Positions 8,642 to 17,617 of a stretch of DNA of 32,000 nucleotides are shown piece by piece. The first letter of the stretch is position 1. Each line of letters starts with the position of its first letter. The stretch covers positions 290,553 through 322,552 of the forward strand of contig JAVBVS010000016.1 of NCBI GenBank assembly GCA_036677805.1. Direction: 5' to 3'. The stretch is from Victivallaceae bacterium. GTDB lineage: Bacteria; Verrucomicrobiota; Lentisphaeria; Victivallales; Victivallaceae. The notes below the pieces were generated by a model that worked only from the letters and a program-made list of their open reading frames with translations, was not told where the DNA came from and made no database searches. The position numbers and the translations under genes are program-made.

Positions 8642-11600
8642 ATCCCGGCTCCGGCGTATCGCCGCCGGAAAGGAGTTCGCCAAGTTCCGGACTGTACCAC
8701 AGCCCGCCCGGAGTCAGAACCAGTCCCGTTTCCGAATCGGTATAGCCGATTGCGCTCTGCCGCCAGGGATTGCGCAAAGCGTCGCGGCCGCGGGCATTGA
8801 TGACCGAACCGTCCGGCGCATAATCGTACGCGGCATTCACCGTACCCGTTTCGTCGAGCAGGAACAGCACCGATCCGGTGTCGTCCGCAAAATAAAAGCG
8901 GTATTCCGCACCTTGGGCGTTCCACAGCGGAACCATCCGCAACAAATCCGGCGACGACGGCGGCGCCCACACATAACTTTGTTCGAGCACCGGAATGCCA
9001 TCCGCCATCCGATATTCGGCCAGGAGGCGATCCCCGTCATAAAGAAACCGGGTTTCGCCGCGCAGCGTCCAGACTCCGGCGCGATCCGGCGCGTAACGCC
9101 GCCGGCTCCAGCAGCGGCCGCGATAATCATAGGAAAACTCCAGCCGGATATCCGGGCTGGCGAGCCGGATCAACCGATTTTCACTGTCGTACTCTCCACG
9201 GTAACGGTGAAAGCCGCGAACCAGATTGCCGTCGGCGTCATATTCCAGCGGAAGGTCGCCGACAGCCAGATAGCGGCCGCGGACATTGACCGGAGTCGCC
9301 TCCTCTTTCCGGCCGTCGGCCGACTCCACCGCCCGCGCAATGCGCCGCCCGAACCCGTCATAAGTATATTCGAATTTGCCACCGCCCCTGTTTTTTTCAC
9401 CGCCTTCAGCGGCGGCGGACAGCATCCGCCCGAAACGATCGTAGTCATAACCAAAGCGGACGCCATCCGGCAATACCCGTTCGATCACCCGGCCGTCGGC
9501 ATCGCGGCGCAACGCAATTTCCTGCGTTCCGGCTGGCGTCCGGCCCGAAATTCCGGACAACCGATTGCCGTCATACCGGTAACGGACCGTCAGCGGCACG
9601 ACCCCGGCGCCATTGGACCAGGTGATCGTCTCCGGCCTCCGGCCCGCCGGACCGTAACTGCAACGCCAGAAAAAACTGCCGTCGGAAACCATCGCCGGGT
9701 TGCCCGCGCCGTCGTAATCGAAATCAATCGTCCGGGCCGCCTTGTCGGCCATCGGCAAGATCAGTTTCCGCAGCCGTCCGGAGACGTCGTATTCCCGGCC
9801 GAGCACCCATCCTTCAGCCCACGGCACGGTCTCCGTAACCGTCAAAACGCCGTCCTCTTCAACATAAGTGAATTTACGGGTTCCAGCGCTGTCGGCCACC
9901 GTGACCGGACGATCCAGCAAATCATAGGCGATGCGCACGGCCGAAGCCTGACCGGAGCCGCGAATGCCGGTCAGGCGTCCCGCCGCGTCATACTCGGTGA
10001 ATACCGCAACCGCTTCGCCGTCGACCTTCCGCGCCAATGTCCGCCGGAGCGGAAAACCGGCGGCGTCGAAGGCCAGCCCGATGCGGGAACCGTCGGGCCG
10101 CTCGATGCCGGCAAGATGCTGCCGCGAATCGTAAAGAAAACGGAACACGACCGGTTTTTCTCCATCCGCCAGCAGGGTCAAAGACGCCGGTTCGCCGCGG
10201 TCATTGTATTCGTAACGGCTCAGGACGCCCGATTTCTGCCGGGATTCGAGCTTGCCGCAACGATCGTAAACCATCGTTTCAACCCGGCCGTCCGGCAGCA
10301 CGCACTCCTGAAGCCGCCCCATCGCATCATACCGATAGAGGGTTTTACGATCATTTTCACTGCGGCTGATCAATTGATCGTTGCGATCATACGCCAGATC
10401 GACCGTATTCAACACCCGGCCGGTCAGGCTTTCCGTCTGCCTGATCATGCGATTGAATTCATCATATTCATAATCGGCCCGAATGCCGGGATTGCCGTTA
10501 TTCCGCCATTGCTCCTCGGCCAGCAACCGTCCATTGCAGAAGGTTCTGACCGTAGCGGTACCGTCCGGCAACACGTTCAGTTCGCGCCACCGCCCCTCCC
10601 CGGCCCGCTCCCGCTTGTGATGAGTCACGCCGCCGCGGCGGTCGATATACCAGGATTCATTGCCGTCGACACTTTCGATCCGGCTTTCCAGGGGTGCGGA
10701 TTCGCCATTTTGCAGACGAGTGCGCGCGACCACCCGGCAGGGAACGCCGCGGTAGTTCTCATAACGGGTCCGGGTTTCCGTAACCAGATCGCCGGCATCG
10801 TCCGTACCGTCGGCATTGAGATCGACCACGGTGCGTACCGTGGTATCGGAAACATCATATTCGCCCGGTGCCGTGCGGTTCACAGCCAAAGTGCTCGGAA
10901 GCAGACGGTCCCGATCGTCGCCAATCCGGCTCTCGCGACTGCCTTCGCCGTACCCGGTCCGATTCCCCCAATCGATCGGGTTGCGAAAAACCGCAGTCCC
11001 GTCAGCAGGATTTCCGGGCCATCCGGGACCGCCGAGATGCCGCCCGGCGTCCACGGCGTCGGTCGCGGCCGTCGGACGGCCCGCGGCGTCATATTGCCGA
11101 ATTTCGCGGTCGATCGTGCCGCCGTTGCGACCGACCACAGTAACGCCGGTCACCCGGCCCGCGGCATCAAGACGGTAACGGTTGACAATGCCGTCGAAGG
11201 TTTCGGCAATCAGGCGGCCGTCCCGGTCGTATTCGTAACTGCGTACGCTGCCATTCCGGTCGGTCCGGCTCGCCACCAGATTTTTGCGATAGGCCGTCAA
11301 CTCGCTGGAACCATCGGCATAATCGGTCCGGATCAAGCGTCCCTTGAGGTCGTAGGTATTGCGCTCCCCGGAAAGCTTGATGCCGGATGCGATATCGTAT
11401 GCCACCTGTTCGATCACGGCGTTGTTATTCTTATTGCGCACGGTCACAGTGCGGGTTCCGGAAACGATCCGGCGGGCGGCGTCATCGTAACTGTTTTCCA
11501 TGCCCCCGGCACGGCGGGTGATCCGTTCCTGATGCGGAGTTTCGCTATATTCATAAATCGTCCCCGTCCCGCCGGAATCGAACTCCAGCAATGGTTTGGA

Positions 11601-12458
11601 ACGCAAGCCGCTCCGGCGGACAACCGCAATCCGGTTGCCCGGATCGTCCCAGGCCGCACCGGGTACGATACAGGATATGGTATGCGTTTCGCGCCACTCG
11701 TCATAAGCCAGCTCAATATCGTACTTGCGGCGGATTTCCTGCCCATTGCGGCGGACGACGACACTATTGAATTTCCGGGCCTCGACGCCTTCCGGGAGCC
11801 GGAGCAAAACCGGATCCATCACCGTGATTTCCTCTGCCTCAGTGAGTTCGCCGGTATCGGCGGCGACGCCGCTTTCAGGCTGAGAAACATCGGCAACGGT
11901 TCCGCCGCCGGCGCTCCGGGGCCGGATGATCTGCGCGCCGTCCCCGCGGGACTCGATTTCGGAATTTTTCTCGACCTGGAGAGGATTGACCGATGCCGCC
12001 GCTTCCGGCCGGACATCTTGTTTTTTCGCCTCATCGACACGTTTTCGTTCGGCCGGTTTCCTGCTCTTTCCGGCATAGCGGAAGGCCAGCGCCATATCCG
12101 CCCGGTAGCGTTCCTTTTCCTCCGGCGCAAGAATGCCGTCGGAATTGAAATCGTAAACCCGCAGAATCGCAGCATCGCGGCGGCGATTCATCAGCGCCGG
12201 ATCGCCATCTTCGGAACGGGCGGCGAAAGCGTCGTCCCGAACAATCGCGACCCAGACCGCCTTGACCTCCGCAACCCGCCGGGTTGCCAGCACGATTTCA
12301 TTCTCCCGATCGCGGCGCAACTGGTCGAGATACTGCCGGTAAGTCGTCTTTACGGCCGGTCCGCCCGCGGTTTCGGCAGCCGCCGCGCCGACCGGCATCA
12401 TGCCGGCCATCAATACCGCCAGCCGAGACCACGCCCAAAATCTTCGCCAACCGTCCAT
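8631..12458 (-). CDS. Large secreted RHS/YD-repeat protein with N-terminal EF-hand-like segment
   Basis: Signal-peptide-like MDGWRRFWAWSRLAVLMAGMMPVGAAAAET, EF-hand-like DFNSDGILAPEE, and many YD repeats (YDLKGRLIRTDYADGS, YEYDRDGRLIAETFDG, YDAAGRPTAATD, FDYDGAGNPAMVSDG, YDRFGRMLSAAAEGG). RHS core-like end GSVINARGRDALRNPWRQSAIGYTDSETGLVLTPGGLWYSPELGELL. ORF extends to 12557; ATG 12458 preferred. Confidence 0.88.
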   Translation of the reverse strand: MDGWRRFWAWSRLAVLMAGMMPVGAAAAETAGGPAVKTTYRQYLDQLRRDRENEIVLATRRVAEVKAVWVAIVRDDAFAARSEDGDPALMNRRRDAAILRVYDFNSDGILAPEEKERYRADMALAFRYAGKSRKPAERKRVDEAKKQDVRPEAAASVNPLQVEKNSEIESRGDGAQIIRPRSAGGGTVADVSQPESGVAADTGELTEAEEITVMDPVLLRLPEGVEARKFNSVVVRRNGQEIRRKYDIELAYDEWRETHTISCIVPGAAWDDPGNRIAVVRRSGLRSKPLLEFDSGGTGTIYEYSETPHQERITRRAGGMENSYDDAARRIVSGTRTVTVRNKNNNAVIEQVAYDIASGIKLSGERNTYDLKGRLIRTDYADGSSELTAYRKNLVASRTDRNGSVRSYEYDRDGRLIAETFDGIVNRYRLDAAGRVTGVTVVGRNGGTIDREIRQYDAAGRPTAATDAVDAGRHLGGPGWPGNPADGTAVFRNPIDWGNRTGYGEGSRESRIGDDRDRLLPSTLAVNRTAPGEYDVSDTTVRTVVDLNADGTDDAGDLVTETRTRYENYRGVPCRVVARTRLQNGESAPLESRIESVDGNESWYIDRRGGVTHHKRERAGEGRWRELNVLPDGTATVRTFCNGRLLAEEQWRNNGNPGIRADYEYDEFNRMIRQTESLTGRVLNTVDLAYDRNDQLISRSENDRKTLYRYDAMGRLQECVLPDGRVETMVYDRCGKLESRQKSGVLSRYEYNDRGEPASLTLLADGEKPVVFRFLYDSRQHLAGIERPDGSRIGLAFDAAGFPLRRTLARKVDGEAVAVFTEYDAAGRLTGIRGSGQASAVRIAYDLLDRPVTVADSAGTRKFTYVEEDGVLTVTETVPWAEGWVLGREYDVSGRLRKLILPMADKAARTIDFDYDGAGNPAMVSDGSFFWRCSYGPAGRRPETITWSNGAGVVPLTVRYRYDGNRLSGISGRTPAGTQEIALRRDADGRVIERVLPDGVRFGYDYDRFGRMLSAAAEGGEKNRGGGKFEYTYDGFGRRIARAVESADGRKEEATPVNVRGRYLAVGDLPLEYDADGNLVRGFHRYRGEYDSENRLIRLASPDIRLEFSYDYRGRCWSRRRYAPDRAGVWTLRGETRFLYDGDRLLAEYRMADGIPVLEQSYVWAPPSSPDLLRMVPLWNAQGAEYRFYFADDTGSVLFLLDETGTVNAAYDYAPDGSVINARGRDALRNPWRQSAIGYTDSETGLVLTPGGLWYSPELGELLSGGDTPEPGFSR

Positions 12459-12615
12459 GATATTCCCTTGATACCGAGGCCGCGGCGGCGAACCGATCCG
12501 AATGCCGCAACCGACCGCACATCTTGCATTGATGGTTAATAAACACCGTTCCGACAATATTGCAACAGCAACTCACGGCATATTTTCAAAAAAACGAACA
12601 CGGAATGCAGACGGC

Positions 12616-13320
12616 TCAAATCCGCGCATTCCAGCGTCGACGCAAGGCAACGGCGTGATTGCAGGTCAGCGCATCGACACCGAGTTCCGCCATCCGCAAA
12701 CCGAGTTCGTCGGACGCGACGCCCCAGCAGACTACGCCGAACTTGAGCCGCTGCAATGCGCGCACCCATTCCGCAGCAGCGGCGAAGCTCGCCCGAAAAC
12801 TGATGCCGCAACGCAACGGCTCCAGATACCGGACCACTTCGCCGACCGTCGGAAAGTGGCCGAAAAGTGACTCCACATCCACCAGCAGGAGCCGTGCCAG
12901 ATCGGGAAACGCATCAGCGGCGGCACGGATGGTTTCGGCTTCAAACGAACTGATCGTCAACCGCCGGCGGTCGCCCCGCCAGCCGTCAAGGATGGCTTTC
13001 AAGCCCGGAATCACCTCCGGCGTCCCCTTCAATTCGATCTGCATGGCTTTGCCGGGCAGCAGCGCCGCCAGCGCCTCGGCGAACAGCGGCACCGGAAAAT
13101 ACCGCCGCAATTCGGCAAGCGTCGCCGTCCGCACCGCCAGCGGAACCCCCGTTATCCGGTCAAGGGTTTCATCGTGTACGCAAACCACCTGATTGTCGGC
13201 GGTCAACCGGATATCGAGTTCGATGCCGTCGGAATCGCGCGCCATAGCCAACTGAAATGCTTCCAGCGTATTTTCCGGCGCATCGTCCGATTCGCCGCGA
13301 TGGGAGAGAAAACGGGTCAT
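12616..13320 (-). CDS. Glycerophosphodiester phosphodiesterase family protein
   Basis: MTRFLSHRGESDDAPENTLEAFQLAMARDSDGIELDIRLTADNQVVCVHDETLDRITG; GDPD motifs HRG..ENT, ElDi..T.D, vHD.t..R. Confidence 0.93.
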   Translation of the reverse strand: MTRFLSHRGESDDAPENTLEAFQLAMARDSDGIELDIRLTADNQVVCVHDETLDRITGVPLAVRTATLAELRRYFPVPLFAEALAALLPGKAMQIELKGTPEVIPGLKAILDGWRGDRRRLTISSFEAETIRAAADAFPDLARLLLVDVESLFGHFPTVGEVVRYLEPLRCGISFRASFAAAAEWVRALQRLKFGVVCWGVASDELGLRMAELGVDALTCNHAVALRRRWNARI

Positions 13321-13711
13321 GATTCCTGAACCTTCGGATTTCATGTCGAAGCAACAATATCTTTGAGTTGAGTAATATATCGCACTCTCCGGCGAAAACA
13401 ACTCACGAGCTCCGCTTCCCGATGTTTTTGCTCCCCGGCCCGGCCGTGAACTGATCCATCTTATCGGCCCCGCCGAAGGGGCGGACGAAGAACTCCAGGC
13501 GCTGGCTGCAATCGTCCGTATGGAAATTTTTGAACGGAATCCGAAAAAGTAAGAAAAAATCTAAAAAAAACAAAAAAGTAACACTTTCGGCAAGCGCCGC
13601 CCCCCCTGAATTCCGGAAGCAGAATTTGAAAACCTGATTCTGGAATCAAGACTCCGGAATCTGAACCAATGGTCCAACATCCGTTATGTTCCGGGTTTTT
13701 CTTCCGGCAAC

Positions 13712-14623
13712 TTATAGATAGTAAGGGCCGAGGAGCTCCCACCAGGTCTGGCGGAGCAGATAATCCTTGCGGTATTTCCGGGCATAGTGGCGCAGCAGCG
13801 TCAGGGGCACCGCCAGCGTGCTCCTGCCCGTGCGGCAATCCGCGATCGCCTCCAGCAGCTCCTGCTTTTCCCACGGTTCCAGATCGCGTTTGAAATAGCC
13901 GAGGATGTGCTGCATGACATTGACGTGTTTCGCCAGCGTCGGACGCAGCGCCAGAAGTTCGTCGAGTTTCCGTTTGTAAGCCTCGAAATCGCCGGTCTCC
14001 ACCAGCCGCCCCAGTTCGGCATAGCGGCCCGGAGCGTGACTCATCAGCATCAGTTTGTGACGGCCCTGAAATTCCGACAGCCCCTGCTTCGTCCGCGCCG
14101 TTTCCAGAAGCTCATGCCAGCGGGCCGCGGTGAAAATCCGGTTCAGGAAGCGCTCGCGCAGAAACCGGTCCTGAAGCATCCCGTCCTCGATCACCGGCAA
14201 TTCGGGAAATCGTGCGACGAAAGCCGCCGCAAACAGCCCCCGGCCGTTTTTGCCGGCCACTCCCCGGGCGGAATAAACTTTCACCCGTTCCAGACCGCTG
14301 GAGGGAGAGCCTTTTTTGAAAACGAAGCCGTCCAGCCGTTCCCCGGCCAGCGCCTCCACCCGCTGCCGGCAGTAATCGAGCATGCGCCGGGTCAAATCCT
14401 GCCCCGTATGATTGGTCATCAATCGCGGATGAGCCGGATCGCCGACAAGGCGCATGGCTTCCCGCGGTACCGGCAGACCGCATTCGACTTCGGGACAGAC
14501 CGGCACCCACTCCACCGCCGCGCCGAGTTCGTCGCGCAGAAAGAGATTCAACTGGTGCTGGCCGTCGTAACGAACCGGTTCGCCCAGGAGGCAGCTGCTG
14601 ATTCCGAGTCTGGGTTTTCGCAT
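13712..14623 (-). CDS. YbgA-like DUF523 + DUF1722 fusion protein
   Basis: MRKPRLGISSCLLGEPVRYDGQHQLN...WVPVCPEVECGLPVPREAMRL...DGFVFKKGSPSSGLERVKVY (DUF523), then FQGRHKLMLMSHAPGRYAELGRLV...LRPTLAKHVNVMQHILGYFKRDLEPWEKQELLEAI (DUF1722). Confidence 0.9.
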   Translation of the reverse strand: MRKPRLGISSCLLGEPVRYDGQHQLNLFLRDELGAAVEWVPVCPEVECGLPVPREAMRLVGDPAHPRLMTNHTGQDLTRRMLDYCRQRVEALAGERLDGFVFKKGSPSSGLERVKVYSARGVAGKNGRGLFAAAFVARFPELPVIEDGMLQDRFLRERFLNRIFTAARWHELLETARTKQGLSEFQGRHKLMLMSHAPGRYAELGRLVETGDFEAYKRKLDELLALRPTLAKHVNVMQHILGYFKRDLEPWEKQELLEAIADCRTGRSTLAVPLTLLRHYARKYRKDYLLRQTWWELLGPYYL

Positions 14624-14735
14624 CGCATCCTCCCGTTCTTCTTTGGATATTGGCGCCTCCGGCAGCTATCGGACCGCGTCCTGCGTTTGTACGTTCCGTT
14701 TTTTCAATCGGAAGCTTGATATTTTCAAACATTAT

Positions 14736-14753
14736 GTTATATTACCAAATAAC
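14736..14753. promoter_or_regulatory. Candidate ArsR operator upstream of the first arsR, within the divergent DUF523/arsR intergenic region
   Basis: Inverted repeat GTTAT (14736-14740) / ATAAC (14749-14753) in an AT-rich stretch (ATTATGTTATATTACCAAATAACC) just upstream of the start codon. Only 5-bp arms. Confidence 0.35.
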
Positions 14754-14761
14754 CAAGGATT

Positions 14762-15049
14762 GTGATGTTGAACTACGATAAAACCGATTGCCGGAAAGAG
14801 GCGAATGTATTCAAGGCGCTGGGCCATCCCACCCGGCTGTGGATCGTGAAGCAGCTGGCCGACGGCGAACATTGCGTCTGCGAGTTCGTGGCGGCGGTCG
14901 GAGTCGATTTCTCCACCATCAGCCAGCATCTGGCGATTCTGAAGCGGGCGGGCGTGATCACGGACGACAAGCGCGGCAAATCGGTTTACTACCGGCTGAC
15001 CTGTCCGTGCATCCTCGCCATGCTTGACTGTGTGGAAAAAAGGACATAA
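14762..15049 (+). CDS. arsR: ArsR-family transcriptional regulator
   Basis: NVFKALGHPTRLWIVKQLADGEHCVCEFVAAVGVDFSTISQHLAILKRAGVITDDKRGKSVYYRLTCPCI; winged HTH with an HCVC pair in the ArsR metalloid-sensing position. Start GTG 14762 or ATG 14765. Confidence 0.92.
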   Translation: MMLNYDKTDCRKEANVFKALGHPTRLWIVKQLADGEHCVCEFVAAVGVDFSTISQHLAILKRAGVITDDKRGKSVYYRLTCPCILAMLDCVEKRT

Positions 15050-15100
15050 TTTTTTTTACTGTTCATTTGGGCGTTTGACAAAATATAAGGAGTTGTTTGC

Positions 15101-16075
15101 ATGATCGTTTTCACCTGGCTGGCGGATTGGCTGACCTACGCCGTGTTCGGCCTGGCGCCGGAATCGCGATGGGGCGGCGGAATTCATTTCTTCCTCGAGG
15201 ATACCGCCAAAATTTTCGTTCTGCTGATGCTGATGATTTATGCCATCGGCTGGATTCGCGCCGGATTGCCGATGGACCGCGTCCGCATTTTTCTTTCCGG
15301 TCGCAGCCGGTTCCCGGGCTATGTATTGGCGGCGTTGCTGGGGGCGGTGACGCCGTTCTGCTCATGTTCCAGCATTCCGCTTTTCCTCGGGTTCATCGCG
15401 GCGCGGATTCCGCTCGGCATCGCCATGGCGTTCCTGATCGCGTCGCCCATGATCAATGAGGCCGCGGTGGCCATGCTCGGCGGCATCGTCGGCTGGGGCC
15501 TGACCGGAATTTATGTCGGCTTCGGTTTGCTCGCCGGAATTCTGGGCGGATTCTTTTTCGACGCGATCAAAGCCGAGCGGTTCCTGATGGCGGAACCGCC
15601 CCGTCCCTGCCGCTGCTGCTCCGGATCGTCCGCGGATGCGCCGCTCCCGGAAAAAATCGACCGCCGTTACCGCCACCGTTTCGCGTTGCAGGAAGTGCGC
15701 GACATTCTTCAGCGCATCTGGCTGTGGGTGGTCCTCGGGATTGCGCTGGGCGCTTTTCTGCACGGCTTCGTGCCGGATGAATTCATCGCCGGCTATCTGG
15801 GCGGCGGCCAGTGGTGGAGCGTCCCGCTGGCGGTGGCGGTCGGCATTCCGACCTACGCCAATGCCACCGGCGTGATTCCGGTGGTCGGCGCGCTGATTCA
15901 AAAAGGACTGCCGATCGGCACGGCCTTCGCCTTCATGCTCTCCACGGCGGCGGCCAGCCTGCCGGAATTCATCATGCTCAGGAAGGTGATGCAAATCCGG
16001 CTGCTGCTGATTTTCGCCGTCTATCTGCTGATTTTCTTCACCCTTTGCGGCTGGATTCTGAACCTCATCTATTGA
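15101..16075 (+). CDS. DUF318 / ArsP-like permease (SO_0444-type)
   Basis: Multi-TM protein: GAVTPFCSCSSIPLFLGFIAARIPLGIAMAFLIASPMINEAAVAMLGG...GIPTYANATGVIPVVGALIQKGLPIGTAFAFMLSTAAASLPEFIML. CSCSS and AAASLPE motifs are typical of the family. AAGGAG lies upstream of the ATG. Confidence 0.9.
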   Translation: MIVFTWLADWLTYAVFGLAPESRWGGGIHFFLEDTAKIFVLLMLMIYAIGWIRAGLPMDRVRIFLSGRSRFPGYVLAALLGAVTPFCSCSSIPLFLGFIAARIPLGIAMAFLIASPMINEAAVAMLGGIVGWGLTGIYVGFGLLAGILGGFFFDAIKAERFLMAEPPRPCRCCSGSSADAPLPEKIDRRYRHRFALQEVRDILQRIWLWVVLGIALGAFLHGFVPDEFIAGYLGGGQWWSVPLAVAVGIPTYANATGVIPVVGALIQKGLPIGTAFAFMLSTAAASLPEFIMLRKVMQIRLLLIFAVYLLIFFTLCGWILNLIY

Positions 16076-16097
16076 ATGATCATAAGGAACATCGGCG

Positions 16098-16820
16098 ATG
16101 AAAATCCAAATTTACGGCTCCGGATGCGCTCAATGCAAACGGCTTTATAACCACGTTGAAACGGCTCTCCGCGTCGCCGGCATGGACGCGGAATTGGAAA
16201 AAGTCACCGACTTGGACGCCATCGTCGCAGCCGGAGTGCTCCAGACGCCGGCGCTGGCGGTCGACGGCAAGATTCTGCGTCAGGGCAAGGTCTGCTCCCC
16301 CGCCGAAATCGCCGCACTGCTGAAGCTCGAACCCGTGCCCATGCCATGCGCTTGCGGCACCGGACGGCAGATCCCGGTAAAACGTCTGGCCGGAATATTG
16401 CTGCTCTGCTTCGCGGTCGCCAGCCTCGGCTGGGCGATTTATCGGGAAACGGCGGCGCGAACGGCGCTCCCGGCGGTGCAGCCGGCCGCGCCGGTCCCGG
16501 CCGCGGACAAAACGCTGACCGTGTATTATTTTCACGGCAATCAACGCTGTCCGACCTGCCGCAGGATTGAAGAGCTGACCCGGAAAACGCTCGAAACCGA
16601 TTTCCCGGCGAAACTGAAATCCGGCGATATCGTTTTTGAGTCGGTGAATCTCGACGAGCCTCGCAATGAACATTTCATCGCCGATTTCGCGCTGAATTCC
16701 AAAATTGTGGTGATGCGGAAAGGCTCGAAGTTCACCGCCTTTCCCGAGGTCTGGACGCTGGTGCGCAATCCCGAAGCATTTTCCACTTACATCCGGAACG
16801 GGGTGGAGCAAATGCAATGA
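16098..16820 (+). CDS. Membrane-anchored fusion: N-terminal small thioredoxin/glutaredoxin-like domain + TM + C-terminal ArsF-like CxxC domain
   Basis: N-terminus KIQIYGSGCAQCKRLYNHVETALRVAGMDAELEKVTDLDAIVAAGVLQTPALAVDGKILRQGKVCSPAEI; TM ILLLCFAVASLGWAIY; C-terminus LTVYYFHGNQRCPTCRRIEELTRKTLETDF...FESVNLDEPRNEHFIADFALNSKIVVMRKG. Confidence 0.8.
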   Translation: MKIQIYGSGCAQCKRLYNHVETALRVAGMDAELEKVTDLDAIVAAGVLQTPALAVDGKILRQGKVCSPAEIAALLKLEPVPMPCACGTGRQIPVKRLAGILLLCFAVASLGWAIYRETAARTALPAVQPAAPVPAADKTLTVYYFHGNQRCPTCRRIEELTRKTLETDFPAKLKSGDIVFESVNLDEPRNEHFIADFALNSKIVVMRKGSKFTAFPEVWTLVRNPEAFSTYIRNGVEQMQ

Positions 16821-17509
16821 CCGGAGAATTCTTCTGGGGGTGCGCAACCGCGGCCTGGCTCGGCTTCCTGTGCTCGATCAGCCCGTGTCCGCTGGCGACC
16901 AATATCGCCGCGATCAGTTTTGTCGGCCGCAAAGTCGGAAAAATCGGCGCGGTCCTCGGCGCCGGAGCGCTCTACACGCTGGGGCGAACGCTCACTTATG
17001 CGATTCTCGGCATGCTGCTGATCAGCGGCCTGACGGCGGCGCCGGAGCTCTCCCACCTGCTGCAAAAATATATGAATCTTTTGATGGGGCCGCTCCTGAT
17101 TCTGGTGGCGCTGGTTCTGCTTGATCTTTTAAAATTCGGCATGAATTCAGGAGGCGGAATCGGCGCGGCGGCCGGGCGGTGCGCCGAACAATGCGGCCTG
17201 TCCGGCGCGCTTCTGCTCGGCGTGATCTTTGCCCTGAGCTTCTGTCCGACTTCGGCGGCGCTGTTTTTCGGCAGTCTGCTGCCGCTGGCGGTAAAGGCGG
17301 AGTCCCGGATTGCCCTGCCGGTGATTTTCGGGATCGCCACCGGGCTGCCGGTTTTGTGGTTTGCGTTTCTGCTGGCATTCGGGGCCAATCGCATCGGGCG
17401 GCTGTATCACCGGGTCGCGGAATTCGAAGTTTGGGCGCAACGCGTGACCGGCCTGATCTTCCTGATCGTCGGATTGTACCTGACGGTAACGGTAACGTTA
17501 GCCCGCTGA
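16817..17509 (+). CDS. ArsG-type / CcdA-DsbD-like cytochrome-c-biogenesis-family membrane transporter
   Basis: GCATAAWLGFLCSISPCPLATNIAAISFVGRKVGKIGAVLGAGALYTLGRTLTYAILG...GLSGALLLGVIFALSFCPTSAALFFGSLLPLA; paired Cys-Pro motifs in TM segments. Start overlaps the upstream gene by 4 nt (ATGA). Confidence 0.82.
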   Translation: MTGEFFWGCATAAWLGFLCSISPCPLATNIAAISFVGRKVGKIGAVLGAGALYTLGRTLTYAILGMLLISGLTAAPELSHLLQKYMNLLMGPLLILVALVLLDLLKFGMNSGGGIGAAAGRCAEQCGLSGALLLGVIFALSFCPTSAALFFGSLLPLAVKAESRIALPVIFGIATGLPVLWFAFLLAFGANRIGRLYHRVAEFEVWAQRVTGLIFLIVGLYLTVTVTLAR

Positions 17510-17617
17510 ATACCTGCCCGACTCGCCGGAGATATATTTTTTCAATCATTCGACGGTTCGGGTTTGAAATAACTTTTTCACGATATATATTTCGTCATAT
17601 GGCGAATTGTAGGAGAT

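Noticed and set aside
8631-12458. RHS protein as an active polymorphic toxin
   Set aside because: No variable C-terminal domain after the core and no immunity-like small ORF with coding support next to it.
8913-12539. 1208-aa plus-strand ORF opposite the RHS gene
   Set aside because: Antisense of a clear YD-repeat protein. The translation is low-quality (R/G/I/P/A rich) with no motifs. The length results from GC codon bias on the opposite strand.
13640-13690. GATTCTGGAATC...TCCGGAATC near-repeat as a terminator or operator
   Set aside because: Short imperfect repeat without a T-tract in a suitable position; could be chance.
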